Part shown: positions 16,987-33,300 of the stretch, one piece after another
How the letters are laid out: each line of letters opens with the position of its first letter
Numbering within the stretch: position 1 is the stretch's first letter
NCBI RefSeq assembly: GCF_009914755.1
Contig: NC_060929.1
DNA: 64,000 nt
Source: the human T2T-CHM13v2.0 reference genome, Homo sapiens
Reading direction: 5' to 3' (one strand)
Position numbers and translations under genes: made by a program
The notes under the pieces: generated by a model
What the model was told of the DNA's origin: nothing
Databases searched by the model: none
Seen by the model: the letters and a program-made list of their open reading frames with translations, nothing else

Positions 16987-17695
16987 GACTCATTTTCTTT
17001 CCTCCAGGAAGCTTTGGACATTCTCAGAACCTCAATATTCATTCTATAGATTGTTTAACCAGCCATGCAGCCAGACACAAAGGATTTTATCATATTTAGG
17101 GAAATCTTTGAAAAGCATGATTACATTATAAAAATGATTTATTGAAGATGTTAACATAATATTATTATTTCTTCCAAACTTGTGAGAAAGAAAATCATGG
17201 ATAGGATTTGGATTGAGAGCTTGGTGTGACACAAATGATCAACCATTTTAAAACATCTCTGTTCTTTTTTTGGAAGAAGTTCTGGGATAAAATCTTATTT
17301 TCTAATTTTATGTATATTCTAAATGTATTTCTGCTTAGTCATATCAGACATTTTCTTAATTGGGAGAGTTGTTTTTAAACCCTCTTATATAAAGGCAGAT
17401 TATTTTGTAGTAGATGAAGATTCCTTGACTGAGCTGGGGGAAGAAGGGATTTAGGGCCTATCAGATGGGTATGGAGGAGAGGACAGGAGAGGGTGGAGGC
17501 TGAAGAGGTGGAGCAATGATGGGATTTGGCTTAACTGGAGGGGTAAGGAAATAGAAGGGCTTCTGAATTGCTTCCTCATCAAAACTTTAGGGTAGTAAGC
17601 AACCTCTGAATGTCAGGAGAAAGTGAAGGAGATATTCTGAAACTTATTCAAGAAGACTTTTATTTCGTCTGTGGAGGTGCTGCCACATGTGGTAA

Positions 17696-18249
17696 TGTCA
17701 GCGGTAGCAGACATCTAAGTTACACTGAGTTACTGGTGGCATATCAATATAGGTCTGCAGCAACTTCAGTTCTTGCCTTCTCAGAAGAAAGGATTCGACT
17801 GGGGTACATAAGGCAGAAGGAGAGACTGAGGCATGTTTCAGAGCGGGAGTGAACGTTTATTAAAAAGCTTTAGAACAATAAGGAAAGGAAAGAAAAGAAA
17901 AGAAGGAAAGTACAACTGGGAAGAGGACCAAGGGGTTGACTTGAGAAACCAAGTGCACAGCTTGACCTCTTGACATGGGGTTTTATAGGTTGACATACTT
18001 CCGGGGTCTTGCCTTACTTCTCTCCACTCCTGAGGTCTTATTGGGAAGCTGCTGATCAGTTTCAGGTGTTTTGTATCTTTTAGGAGACGGCTTTTCCCTG
18101 GTGCCAGCTGTGACCAATTATTACTTTAGAGAAACAGTTAACAACTGCCTGACCATCACCTGATGTTTGCCCAACACTCCTGGTGTGTGTGTGTGTGTGG
18201 GAGCCCTCTTCTGCCCTGCTCATACCTGACTAGCTACCTACTGTTAACA
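17696..18249 (-). mobile_element. ERV1 solo LTR (MER50/MER83/MER84 group) with 4-bp TSD
   Basis: TG...CA termini are present. The reverse start is TGTTAACAGTAGGTAGCTAGTCAGG. TSD GTAA lies at 17692-17695 and 18250-18253. AATAAA is on the minus strand (tttatt near 17857). Confidence 0.85.
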
Positions 18250-19047
18250 GTAACTGCCTCATGGAGCAAGAATGAAAACAAGCCAGTTTTGTGTGGTAAG
18301 CCTGGCCAGTTTGGATTTCACGTCTAAATGAGTACAAATAGTTTATATCCTAAAATTCTGCATGCCCTGGTCAAATAACCTTTGCATTCAAAACAATTGA
18401 TTGAAACTTTTATAGTACAGTATGGTTGATTCTGAAGATGCAGAAAAGACTGTGCTTTTCAGATCCTGTCCTAAAGAGTAGTTGAATCCTTTGCTTGTGG
18501 AAAATCAACAGAGGCAGAACAGAAACTTCTGTTGGCAATTTTCCTTAATAGTTCAATAAAATGTTTCACCCTGCTATCTTGTGATATATTTGTAGTTCTG
18601 TAAATATACTATGGCACTTGGGGTGAGACAGGAAGGAAGAGGGACATGTCTAATTATAAAAATCAGTGTGAGCTGGCTGGCAGATATGCGCGGAGGAAGA
18701 AAAATACCATGTTACGTGATGACATCTTTCTTATCATACAGTGTGCTTTGCCGCCATTGTAAAGTGCTCTTCTACTGTGTATTTTATTTTTTTCTTAGTG
18801 ACAACCTTCAAATGAAGTGTGCTTTTGTAAGAGTCTTTTCTACAATGTAGAATCCACACCAAGAACATGCGTAGAATGCCCTACCAGGATTTTATCTCTT
18901 TGTGCCTGGCTCGAGTTTGTACTTGGTATGATCTCTTATTTTAGGAACTAGCCTGAGGCATCCAGACCCTTGCTGCTGCCATCCCTAGAGAGACAAAAAT
19001 GAAGGAAATAGAGTTGTACAAGAGAGGAATTTAAAGAGATCTCCCCC

Positions 19048-19290
19048 AACAGTTTTCAAGCTGCTTTTTCTTCTCCCTTCCTGTCTTCCTTCTCTTTTCC
19101 TCCCTGTCTCCTTCCTTCCTTTCATTCCTTCCTTCCTTCTTTTTTAAAGCCCTAAGAACCATTTCTTCTGTTTAAAGTTTGTATGGAGCCCCAAAGGAAG
19201 ATAAAATAAAGACTGCTCTGGTAGAAGCATAGATAAGTACCCAGAACTCTTCCTAGTGTGGTTCTGGGGAGAATAATTTGAAAACACCCA
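19048..19290 (+). mobile_element. MER117-like hAT-Charlie relic with CT-rich expansion
   Basis: cagttttcaagct...gataaaataaagactgctctggtagaagc...taatttgaaaacac. Confidence 0.5.
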
Positions 19291-19629
19291 ATTAATTATA
19301 TTAAAAACAGAGACCTAGACATTTGAATGATTTGTTATAGTTTCTGATTTTGACTTCAGAGACAATGTGAGTATGCTGAATTCTCCTGGTAATGGGGAAA
19401 TTTTTGACATGATTTGCCAAATCTAGCTGTTGAAGTTTTAGATTTCCTCTGTTTCTTACTTGTTTTAATAGTAAGTTTGACTATAGTAGCAAAATCATGT
19501 GGGTCAATTTTGTTTCCCACTTTTCTTTATAATTTTAGATAAGATCATATATGTTTTACACATAGTTCTGTTGTAATAATTGTGGGAAAAGTCTGGTAGA
19601 TGTAAAGCTGCACATTTTAGGAAAGACTA

Positions 19630-19766
19630 GTCTGGGTGCAGTGGCTCACATCTGTAATCCTAGCACTTTGGGAGGTTGAGGTGGGAGGATCACTTGAGGC
19701 CAGGAGTTTGAGACTAGCCTTGGCAACATAGAGAGACCCCTGTCTATACAAAAAAAATTATAAGAA
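19630..19766 (+). mobile_element. FLAM_C / free left Alu monomer
   Basis: A single Alu left arm with A-tail. TSD GAAAGACTA lies at 19621-19629 and 19767-19775. Confidence 0.88.
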
Positions 19767-20062
19767 GAAAGACTAAAAACTTCCTATTCTCTAAGACAAA
19801 TGTTTATTCTGTAATTGCAATGCAAAAATATTATTTGAAAGCTTATAAATGAATTGCTCCCCCCAAATTACAGTTTAGCAAATCTGTAATCTCTTGAAAA
19901 AAAATCTGAAACGTCTTTAAAATTTTTTTAGCATTTCTTACACTGCAACATTTTTCTATTTTTCTTCTATGTCCTAAAGAAGACATCTACCTGAAATTAG
20001 GACATTATGTGTGTAACATTACGTGATTGTGAAATAGCTGCCTGCTCTAGAAGGTCCTTGTT

Positions 20063-20078
20063 CCTCTAGGGGGCAGTG
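20063..20078 (+). promoter_or_regulatory. Candidate CTCF binding site
   Basis: CCTCTAGGGGGCAGTG closely matches the CTCF core consensus (CCWCYAGRKGGCRS) and sits in non-repeat DNA. This is a motif match only. Confidence 0.5.
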
Positions 20079-20721
20079 CTTTACTTTTACATCACCAACC
20101 CGGAGTGAAAATATAAGAGCAGCTTTGTTTCTTAAAAGACTAGAAGTAGTTCATTCTGCTCATTCTCTCTCTTCGTTTTAAAAATGTATTGTACAGCTGA
20201 GACATTTAACAAGACATGCTTTTAACCAGAAAATATCCAAGATAATTAGAACTTCCATAAACATATTTGATTTGGAGTTTTTAGGGAAGATTTCTTTGGC
20301 TTTACCTCTTTATTTTCTAAGAAAGCATAGAATGAGCTTGACTTATGCTCCAAATTTAGTTATTATATAATTGTATTGTCCTTTCTGAAAGATAAACTTT
20401 CTTCCCCCTTAAAAACAATTTTGATTTAAGGTTCCAGATGTGTCACTTGACTTGCTAAAAAACAAAGCAAAGCAAAACAAAAACCAGAAAGCCAACCAAA
20501 ACCCAAAAAGCCAATCAAAACAGGAACCATAACATCCAGTTTGTTCTCTTTGGTTCTACTTTTCTATTTTTCATGCAATTTAAAATTTTAGACTATTTCC
20601 CTTGTGCCACAGACTTCTTTTTTTTTTTTGTGGTAGTTCCAGAAAACAAATGGATTTATTAAGAAAACAAAATCCGCCTCCATTTCTTTCAGCCCATTCT
20701 CATCCCATACTTCTTAAAAGC

Positions 20722-20879
20722 TATATGTGTATATATATATATGTACATGTGTATATATGTATATATATGTACATGTGTATATATGTATATATATGTACAT
20801 GTGTATATATGTATATATATACATACGTACATATGTGTGTATATATATATATAGTGTATATATTAATATATATACACTA
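20722..20879. repeat. (TA/TG/CA) microsatellite with a 26-bp higher-order unit
   Basis: TATATATGTACATGTGTATATATGTA is repeated about 3 times, and the array ends in the near-palindrome TAGTGTATATATTAATATATATACACTA. Confidence 0.9.
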
Positions 20880-20880
20880 A

Positions 20881-21682
20881 TGTGGGCAGCAGAATTCAAA
20901 GATAGTCCCCAAGATTTCTGGACCCAGGTGTACATATACATCTTCACCCAGTTATTCTGCCAAACACTAATGTAGGTACTGCTATGAAGAGATTTTGCAG
21001 ATAAATTAAGATCCCAAATGCAGATGAATTAAGATCCTTAAATTAGGGAGATTATCTGGGTAATCTCACCTAATTATGTGAGCCCTTTAAATCTGTTTCT
21101 AGAGATCAGAGACAGAAGTCAGATAGAGTTGAGATGTGAGAAGGATTCAACTTGAGAGAGGTTCTCTATTGGTGGTTTTGAGACAGAAGGGAGCCATGGG
21201 GCAAGGACCTGCGACTGGCCTCTGGTGGCTGAGAGTGGTCCCCAGTTGACAACCAGCGAGAAAACCAGGAAAACCACCATAAGAAACTGAAGTATGACAA
21301 AACAAAATGAGCTTGGAAGTGGACCCCAAGCTCTCAGTGGTAATGTAGCCCAGACAACACATTCATTTTAGCTTTGTGACACCCAAAGTAGAGGGCTCAG
21401 TTAAGCCATACTGGTGGTAATGAATGTGAAAAAAGCTAAAATGAATGTGTTGTCTGGGCTATATTACCACTGAGAGCTTGGGGTCCACTTCCAAGCTCAT
21501 TTTGTTTTGTCATAATTCAGTTTCTTATGGTAGTTGTCTTGATTTTCTTGGTGGTTGTCAACTGGGGCCCACTGTCAGCCACTAGAGACCAGTCTGAGGT
21601 CCTTGCCCCATGGCTCCCTTCCATCTGGGTGTTATTTTAAGTCTCCAAGTTTTTTGTTATGCAGCTATAGAAAATCAATACA
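20881..21682 (+). mobile_element. MLT1E-like MaLR LTR carrying an internal inverted duplication
   Basis: Starts TGTGGGCAGCAGAATTCAAAGAT, contains aaacactaatgtaggtactgctatgaag, and ends tttgttatgcagctatagaaaatcaataca. Confidence 0.85.
21181..21626. repeat. Inverted repeat: 195-bp arms (21181-21375, 21432-21626) with a 56-bp spacer
   Basis: A manual ungapped reverse-complement alignment gives 16 mismatches in 195 bp. Confidence 0.95.
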
Positions 21683-21789
21683 ATCAAAGTAAGCACATTT
21701 CTTTAACATTATTTTTTAAAGTTGGCTTGAAAAACGGAAGTTGATACCGAAAAAATATGTTCAGCATTTGGGGATTTGCCATACCCTTT

Positions 21790-22294
21790 TATAGTGGTGG
21801 TTTGCTGGCCAATACCCATGTTCCCCTTTTCCTGGCGACATTCCCTAGTGGGTTGACTTCACACCTAGTTCCAGAGGTGAGACTCAGTTAGCTCAAGTCA
21901 TTTGGAGTGTATCATTTAGGGCATGTGACCCAAACTGGTCCAATTAGAATAAACCCCAGGAGGATTTTGGTGGGAATGTTGGGGTAAATACTTTCTTTCC
22001 TCCTTTGAGCTTAGTGATGTGATTATTGAGGTTTATAAGTATTAAAGATTCAAGGGAGAGCCTAGCATTTCTCAGGGGCTACCATGTGAAGCCTAAAAAT
22101 TAAGCAACCCAGAGGAAGAAAAGTTAAGGAGGATTCTGGTTATATTTCAGTCCTGTATTAGGCTGTTTGTGAATATAAATATGCTCCTTGATATGAGCTA
22201 ATAAATCTTTCTCTTCCCTTAAAAATTTGTTTAAGTCTATTTACTTTGAGTTTCTCGATTCTTACAAATGAAAAATAAAATCCAGACTGATAGA
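21790..22294 (+). mobile_element. Old MLT1 (MLT1K-like) LTR
   Basis: gggcatgtgacccaaactggtccaattaga...atatgagctaataaat...tccagactgataga. Confidence 0.65.
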
Positions 22295-23501
22295 CCAGTT
22301 ATCTCTCTGATTTTCATACTTTTCCTCATCTTTCAACATAGAATATGTTCCAGACTAGTAAACTGTAATCATCTGCATTTATTTCCTTTTGTCTTTGTCT
22401 AGTCTTTTAAGTCTAAAGATAAAAATTGGTTAAAAATTATAATAACATATTCTAATATTTATTGTTCTTATATTATCTGACGGAACAATCTAGAAAAATA
22501 GGTATTATGGCTTTCATAATCTTATGACACATATTTGAAGGGTATTAATTTATTATTGGCTTTGTATAAACTTTTTTCTTTTGGAAATTCTGTCAATAAA
22601 GTAGAACCCATTTTGTTTAAAAGTTTTGTTTCAATCTAGTGAAGATATAATATAGTTCTCATTAATTGACATTATAATTGCCTATAATTATATTGACAGA
22701 AACAGAGTCGTGTGTGAAAACAATTAATATTTGTTCTGTATAAAGATGAAAACAGTTGTTTTGTATTGTTAAAATTAGTATTCAGTGCCTGCTTTTAGTA
22801 CCAATCTTGCTAGCAGAAGCGAATAGACTCTATGATGCAAAATGTGATATTGCGAGCATAACACTTTGTCTTTAGTTATTTAAAATACCTTTGAAATATG
22901 TGTATTTTAAATGTATAGGTGTGTATTGAAAACTTAGTTTTGTTTATTTGTTTACTTGCTTTTTAACTTTTAGACCGTTTCCTTTATTTCAGGTATTAAA
23001 TTGTTTAGAATGTAGTTGTGAGAATAGACCTAACTGGTCTTAAGCATGGCCCACCTGGTTTGACTTTTCTGGGGATATCTTAAATATTAGTATCTTAACA
23101 GGTTAGAGTTGACTTGAATACAGTGTAAGCCAAAATTATTTCCATTTCTGTAAACACTTAAAAGTAATTTCTGGCTAAAAAAAAATCTACATGTGATAGT
23201 TCAAGAATTTTTTTTTTTAATTTCCTAAGGAAAGACCATAGAATTTCCAGCATAAGAAATACATATTTTTAATATATGACTTTCTTTCTTTTTTTAAATT
23301 ATACTTTAAGTTCTATGGTACATGTGCACAACGTGCAGGTTTGTTACATATGTGTACATGTGCCATGTTGGTTTGCTACACCCATTAACTCATCATTTAC
23401 ATTAGGTATTTCTCCTAATGCTATCCCTCCCCAATCTCCCCATCCCATGACAGGCCCCGGTGTGTGATGTTCCCTGCCCTATGTCCAAGTGTTCTCATTG
23501 T

Positions 23502-27334
<3,833 letters not shown>

Positions 27335-27397
27335 TATGATGTTAGCTGGTTATTTTGCTCGTTAGTTGATGCAGTTTCTTCCTAGCCTCGATGGTCT

Positions 27398-28415
27398 TTA
27401 CAATTTGGCATGATTTTGCAGTGGCTGGTACTGCTTGTTCCTTTCCATGTTTAGTGCTTCCTTCAGGAGCTCTTTTAGGGCAGGCCTGGTGGTGACAAAA
27501 TCTCTCAGCATTTGCTTGTCTGTAAAAGATTTTATTTCTCCTTCACTTATGAAGCTTAGTTTGGCTGGATATGAAATTCTGGGTTGAAAATTCTTTTCTT
27601 TAAGAATGTTGAATATTGGCCCCCACTCTCTTCTGGCTTGTAGATTTTCTGCTGAGGGATCAGCTGTTAGTCTGATGGGCTTCCCTTTGAGGGTAACCCG
27701 ACCTTTCTCTCTGGCTGCCCTTAACATTTTTTCCTTCATTTCAACTTTGGTGAATCTGACAATTATGTGTCTTGGAGTTGCTCTTCTCGAGGAGTATCTT
27801 TGTGGCATTATCTGTATTTCCTGAACGTGAATGTTGGCCTGCCTTGCTAGATTGGGGAAGTTCTCCTGGATAATATCCTGCAGAGTGTTTTCCAACTTGT
27901 TTCCATTCTCCCTGTCACTTTCAGGTACACCAATCAGACATAGATTTGGTCTTTTCACATAGTCCCATATTTCTTGGAGGCTTTGTTCGTGTCTTTTTAT
28001 TCTTTTTTCTCTAAAATTCCCTTCTCACTTCATTTCATTCATTTCATCTTCCATCACTGATACCCTTTCTTCCAGTTGATCGCTTCGGCTCCTGAGGCTT
28101 CTACATTCTTCACGTAGTTCCCGAGCCTTGGCTTTCAGCTCCATCAGCTCCTTTAAGCACTTCTCTGTATTGGTTATTCTAGTTATACATTCATCTAATT
28201 TTTTTTTCAAAGTTTTTAACTTCTTTGTCTTTGATTTGAATTTCCTCCTGTAGCTTGGAGTATTTTGATTGTCTGAAGCCTTCTTCTCTCTACTCATCAA
28301 AGTCATTCTCCGTCCAGCTTTGTTCTGTTGCTGGTGAGGAACTGCGATCCTTTGGAGGAGGAGAGGCGCTCTGCTTCTTAGAGTTTCCAGTTTTTCTGCT
28401 GTGTTTTTTCTCCAT
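27398..28415 (-). pseudogene. L1 ORF1p (RNA-binding/chaperone), disrupted
   Basis: Peptides ELREECRSLRSR and RPNL.LIGVPE...NFQPRISYPAKLSF...YQPLQNHAKL. The ORF is frameshifted. Confidence 0.93.
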
Positions 28416-29001
28416 CTTTGTGGTTTTATCTACTTTTGGTCTTTGATGATGGTGATGTACAGATAGGTCTTTGGTGTGGATGTCCTTTCTGTTTGTTAGT
28501 TTTCCTTCTGACAGACAGGGCCCTCACCTGCAGGTCTGTTGGAGTTTGCTAGAGGTCCACTCCAGACCCTGTTTGCCTGGGTATCAGCAACAGCAGTGTC
28601 TGCAGAACAGCGGATTGTTGTGAACCGCGAATGCTGCTGTCTGATCGTTCCTCTGGAAGTTTTGTCTCAGAGGAGTACCCGGCCGTGTGAGGTGTCAGTC
28701 TGCCCCTACTGGGGAGTGCCTCCCAGTTAGGCTGCTTGGGGGTCAGGGGTCAGGGACCCACTTAAGGAGGCAGTCTGCCCGTTCTCAGATCTCCAGCTGC
28801 GTGCTGGGAGAACCACTGCTCTCTTCAAAGCTGTCAGACAGGGACATTTAAGTCTGCAGAGGTTACTGCTGTCTTTTTGTTTGTCTGTGCCCTGCCCCCA
28901 GAGGTGGAGCCTACAGAGGCAGGCAGGCCTCCTTGAGCTGTGGTGGGCTCCACCCAGTTTGAGCTTCCCAGCTGCTTTGTTTACCTAAGCAAGCCTGGGC
29001 A

Positions 29002-29225
29002 ATGGCGGGTGCCCCTCCCCTAGCCTCAAACTGCCGCCTTGCAGTTTGATCTCAGATTGCTGTGCTAGCAATCAGTGAGACTCCGTGGGCGTAGGACCCT
29101 CTGGGGCATGTGCAGGATATAATCTCCTGGTGTGCCATTTTTTAAGCCCGTTGGAAAAGTGCAGTAATAGGGTGGGAGTGACCCGATTTTCCAGGTGCTG
29201 TCTATCACCCCTTTCTTCGACTAGG
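29002..29225 (+). pseudogene. L1 ORF0 / antisense-promoter region, disrupted
   Basis: ATGGCGGGTGCCCCTCCC (MAGAPP) is followed by a 2-bp insertion and a stop. The downstream frame gives GVGPS...RVGVTRFSRC. Confidence 0.75.
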
Positions 29226-29778
29226 AAAGGGAACTCCCTGACCCCTTGCACTTCCCGAGTGAGGCAATGCCTCACCCTGCTTCGGCTCGTGCACAGTGCG
29301 CTGCACCCACTGTTCTGCAGCCACTGTCTGGCAATCCCTAGTGAAATGAACCCGGTACCTCAGATGGAAATGCAGAAATCACCTGTCTTCTGTGTCGCTC
29401 ATGCTGGGAGCTGTAGACCGGAGCTGTTCCTATTTGGCCATCTTGGCTCGGGACTCTTTTTTTTTTTTTTAATTCCAAGGACATTTTTTATAGAGGAGGC
29501 TTAAATTTAAAGAAGTATATAGAGTGAATTGGTTTGGATTGGAATGATTGAAGGGGAGCATCTGCAAAACAGCCCTGAGGTGATGGATATGATTGGAAAC
29601 ATTGAAAGAAGGGCAGAGGATCAGGAGAAATGATGCTTAACGTGTGCCATTCAGATCAGGGAAACTGAAAAAAGAGACAAAAACCCCAAACCAAGAGGAA
29701 AACATATTGGATTTTTACTATGCCTGGAGAACAAGGGTTTATTGGCTAAGTTAATGGATCAAATAATGATATGGATGT

Positions 29779-30158
29779 TGTACTGATTTTCTTGGGCTGC
29801 CATAAGAATGTACCACAGACTGGGTAGCTTAAATAATAGAAATGTATTTCCTCACAGTTGTAGAGACTAGAAATCCAAGATGAAGAAATCAGCAGAGTTG
29901 ATTTCTTCTGAGGGCCTCTCTCTTTGTCTTGTAGATGGTATCTTCTCCCTCTTTCTTCACATGACCTTTCCTCTTTGTGTGTCCGTGTTCTAATTTTTTT
30001 TTTTATATGGACACCATTCATGCTGGATTAGGGCCTACCCTAATGACCTCATTTTACCTTGATCATTTCTTTAGCACCGAAATAGTCACGTAATAGCTCC
30101 TAATATAGTCACGTTATCAACATATGAATTCTGGGGAGACACCATTCAGCCCAGAACC
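29779..30158 (-). mobile_element. MLT1B MaLR solo LTR
   Basis: gggctgccataagaatgtaccacagactggg...ggattagggcctaccctaatgacctcatttta...cattcagccca. Confidence 0.85.
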
Positions 30159-31964
30159 GATATGTTCAATTCAAGTTTGCTATGAACCTAGACTAATATC
30201 GTGGCTATGGGAATAGGATGTAATAGAGTAGCCAATACAAAGAAGAATCATTAAGGTTAATCATTTAGAATGCAAGGTAGATACATTTATTTTTTTAAAC
30301 CTTGTGATGAGAAAAAGGAGCTATAGGACAGGACATTGTTTTGAATAGGAAGATGTATTTGAAACTGTTAATTTTAAGGCAGGACTTGACAATATTTTAT
30401 GGGTAAATGATATTGGAGGCCTACAGAAATGGATCTAGGTCAGGCCTAAACCCAGTCTCCTGAGAGATGTTGTCTTGTTTCTTCTAGTCTCACAGTGAAC
30501 ATTCAGGAATGTGCTGGAGTTGCTTTACAACAGCCACTAGCCTGAAAGAGCAAATAAGGACATAGAGAAGAATCACATGAATTTTCTTGTGAGTGCTGAA
30601 GATGGCAAGGCTGAGCCTTTCTCCTTTGGTGGAAACCTTTCTTGTAGTATTTGTTTTCATGGGTACTTGCGGGCATGAGAAGCCTATTCCTTTGTCTAGG
30701 AATATGCTGTATTGATTCTTGTTTTATGTAGCTGTCTCTTTAAGTTTTTGTTTTCTTTACTAGTTAAAAGATTTTGTTTGTTAAGTTTGTGTATTGGCAT
30801 ATTTTAATCAACATCTTACAATTCCATGTGACAAGCATGATAGGCTTGATGATAGGCCAGAATGGGAATTATTCATTCAACAAACACGTACTGAGCATCA
30901 ACATGGTACCTGTTGCAAGAAAGCATCCTCTCTAGTAGGTGAAATTATGAGTGTATGGATTGTCAAGGGAAATAAAAGAAAAAGAACAAAAAAGAAAGGC
31001 CAGCCCTATAGGATGACTTCAGTTGAGGAGGGGTATGAAATGTCTCAGAAAAACGGTTTATACAAACAGAAAAATATCTAGGATTGTGGAGTGCCACCTA
31101 ACAAAAAGAGGAGCATCATGAAATGCTAGACAAAGAACAATTGAGAAGGGAATTGGGCAAGAAGGAGGCCAGTGATATCTTCAAGACAATACCTTCCTTT
31201 GTCGTGAAAATGGTAGGAATTGTGGTAGTTGTGGTTAGTATATTCGGGGATGGAGAGGGTTTGTAATTAGGAAGAACAGGTTCAGTTTTACCCTTCACAA
31301 AATTCATCACCAACTTAATTGCTTCTACAGTGTAACACACTCATTTGTTATCTACAGCTTGCTAAACATTTTGAACTATCCTTAGAATTCAGTAAGCTCA
31401 AATTTTAAATCATATTTAATGATCAAGTTGTGATTAAGCCAAAAGCTGCAGTTGTGCTTTTCCATGATCATCTTAAAATTTAATGCCTAGATAAGCAGGG
31501 AGAATGTAGAAATCCTTATAGTCTCATTCCATGTCTACTTTTTTGGCTTCAATCCTTATTCACATCTGTTTCTAGGACCTTGGAGTTAAACATTTAGTCC
31601 ATGTTTAGTCTCTTGAATAAGTAGCAGTATAAATTTTCTGGTAGAATCAGTTCAGATGGAAAGTAGCAGAGCTAGGTATTACTATCCGGAGAGTAGTGAG
31701 CTGGGTCTGCGAGGTGGGAAAACCTGTGTGCTCCACTTGTCCACCATGAAGACAGTTTTCTCCCATTACCTATAGGGTAATACTTTAGGGCAATGCTACA
31801 GGGCCTGGTAAGAGACACCTTTTCTTTAGTAAGTACAGATTCGCTTTTCCTGGAGATTATTTTTAAAAATTAATGTCTGATTCAATTCTACTGTAATGTG
31901 TTTTCAATCGAATTATTTTCTTTGTTTTAATTTTACTTTTAAATTTTAGTCATTAATTTCATGA

Positions 31965-32170
31965 TTATTTGTGGAATATACCAGGTGTTGTTCTGCATGC
32001 ATGGTGAACAACAAATGAAAATCTCTGCCAGAGTGAAGCTTATATTCTAGCAGGGGAGACAAATAATAATCAATATAATATTATTTTAATATAATTTAGT
32101 TATATTAATATAATTAATATATAGCATAATAAGAAAATGATATAGTCTGCTAGAAGGTAGTAAGTACTAT
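31965..32170 (-). mobile_element. L2a relic
   Basis: ggtgaacaacaaatgaaaatctctgcc...gaagcttatattctagcaggggagaca. Confidence 0.6.
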
Positions 32171-32792
32171 TGCCTTCTTTGGTCACAAATAGGTGTATTT
32201 TATATTTTCCTGATATAAAACTTGTTTTGGAAGACTATGTCAGCTAATTTTATAACCATAAGACTATGTTGCTGATTTTATCAACATAAGCAATTGAAAC
32301 TTTGTGATGTTCTTCAATGTTGACATTTATTCCCTACAAGCAACTGATTTTCAAATTTAGTAACTTTCTTCCAAATAACGTAGCTTGCATTCATTATCTT
32401 GTCTTTTTGAATCACCAGTGTTTTTCCCAACCTACTGGTTAACCTGATCCTGTGTTCCATGTAATCCTTGAACATTCATTTATGCTGGAAGGTTCAGGGC
32501 ACTTTTGAACATTCACCAGAGCACAGTTCACTCTTCACCTAACAAGGGATGGGGTGGATAATGTGCCTTTGTTTTTCCTGTTGTCATGGTACAGCAGAGC
32601 TGTTACTATTTTGCCCCAAGAGAAAATTGTTGCCTATGGCAACAAGCGAAGGAAAATGAAACAAATACAGTTTTACGCAAATCTTATATTTTCTCTCTTC
32701 CTCCAGAGTCTATGTATGCTTGCTATTTTGAAATATTTCTATTAGAGAAAATAAAAAACCTGATTCTCAGTGTCCTGATTGGGAAAACAAAT

Positions 32793-32905
32793 GTACAGAT
32801 CTACAGTCCCTGAAGTCCATAAAGCTGAAATCATTGGGGACAGGTATATTTCAGAATTTAAGGGTTTTCAGTGTTTGTAAAGGTAATACAGTAAGTACAT
32901 ATACC
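32793..32905 (+). mobile_element. MER46C-like Tigger relic
   Basis: ttggggacaggtatatttcagaattt...aaaggtaatacagt...catatacc. Confidence 0.4.
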
Positions 32906-32997
32906 AGATATTTGTTTTGCAGTAGTCTTCATTTAAAATTCCTAACCCCAATTCTTGTGCTTTATTTAAGACTATTATTGCTGGTCTATTAACTTGA

Positions 32998-33300
<303 letters not shown>

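Noticed and set aside
20602-20975. ORFs rich in Y/I/C/M/V
   Set aside because: They are translations of the TA/TG microsatellite.
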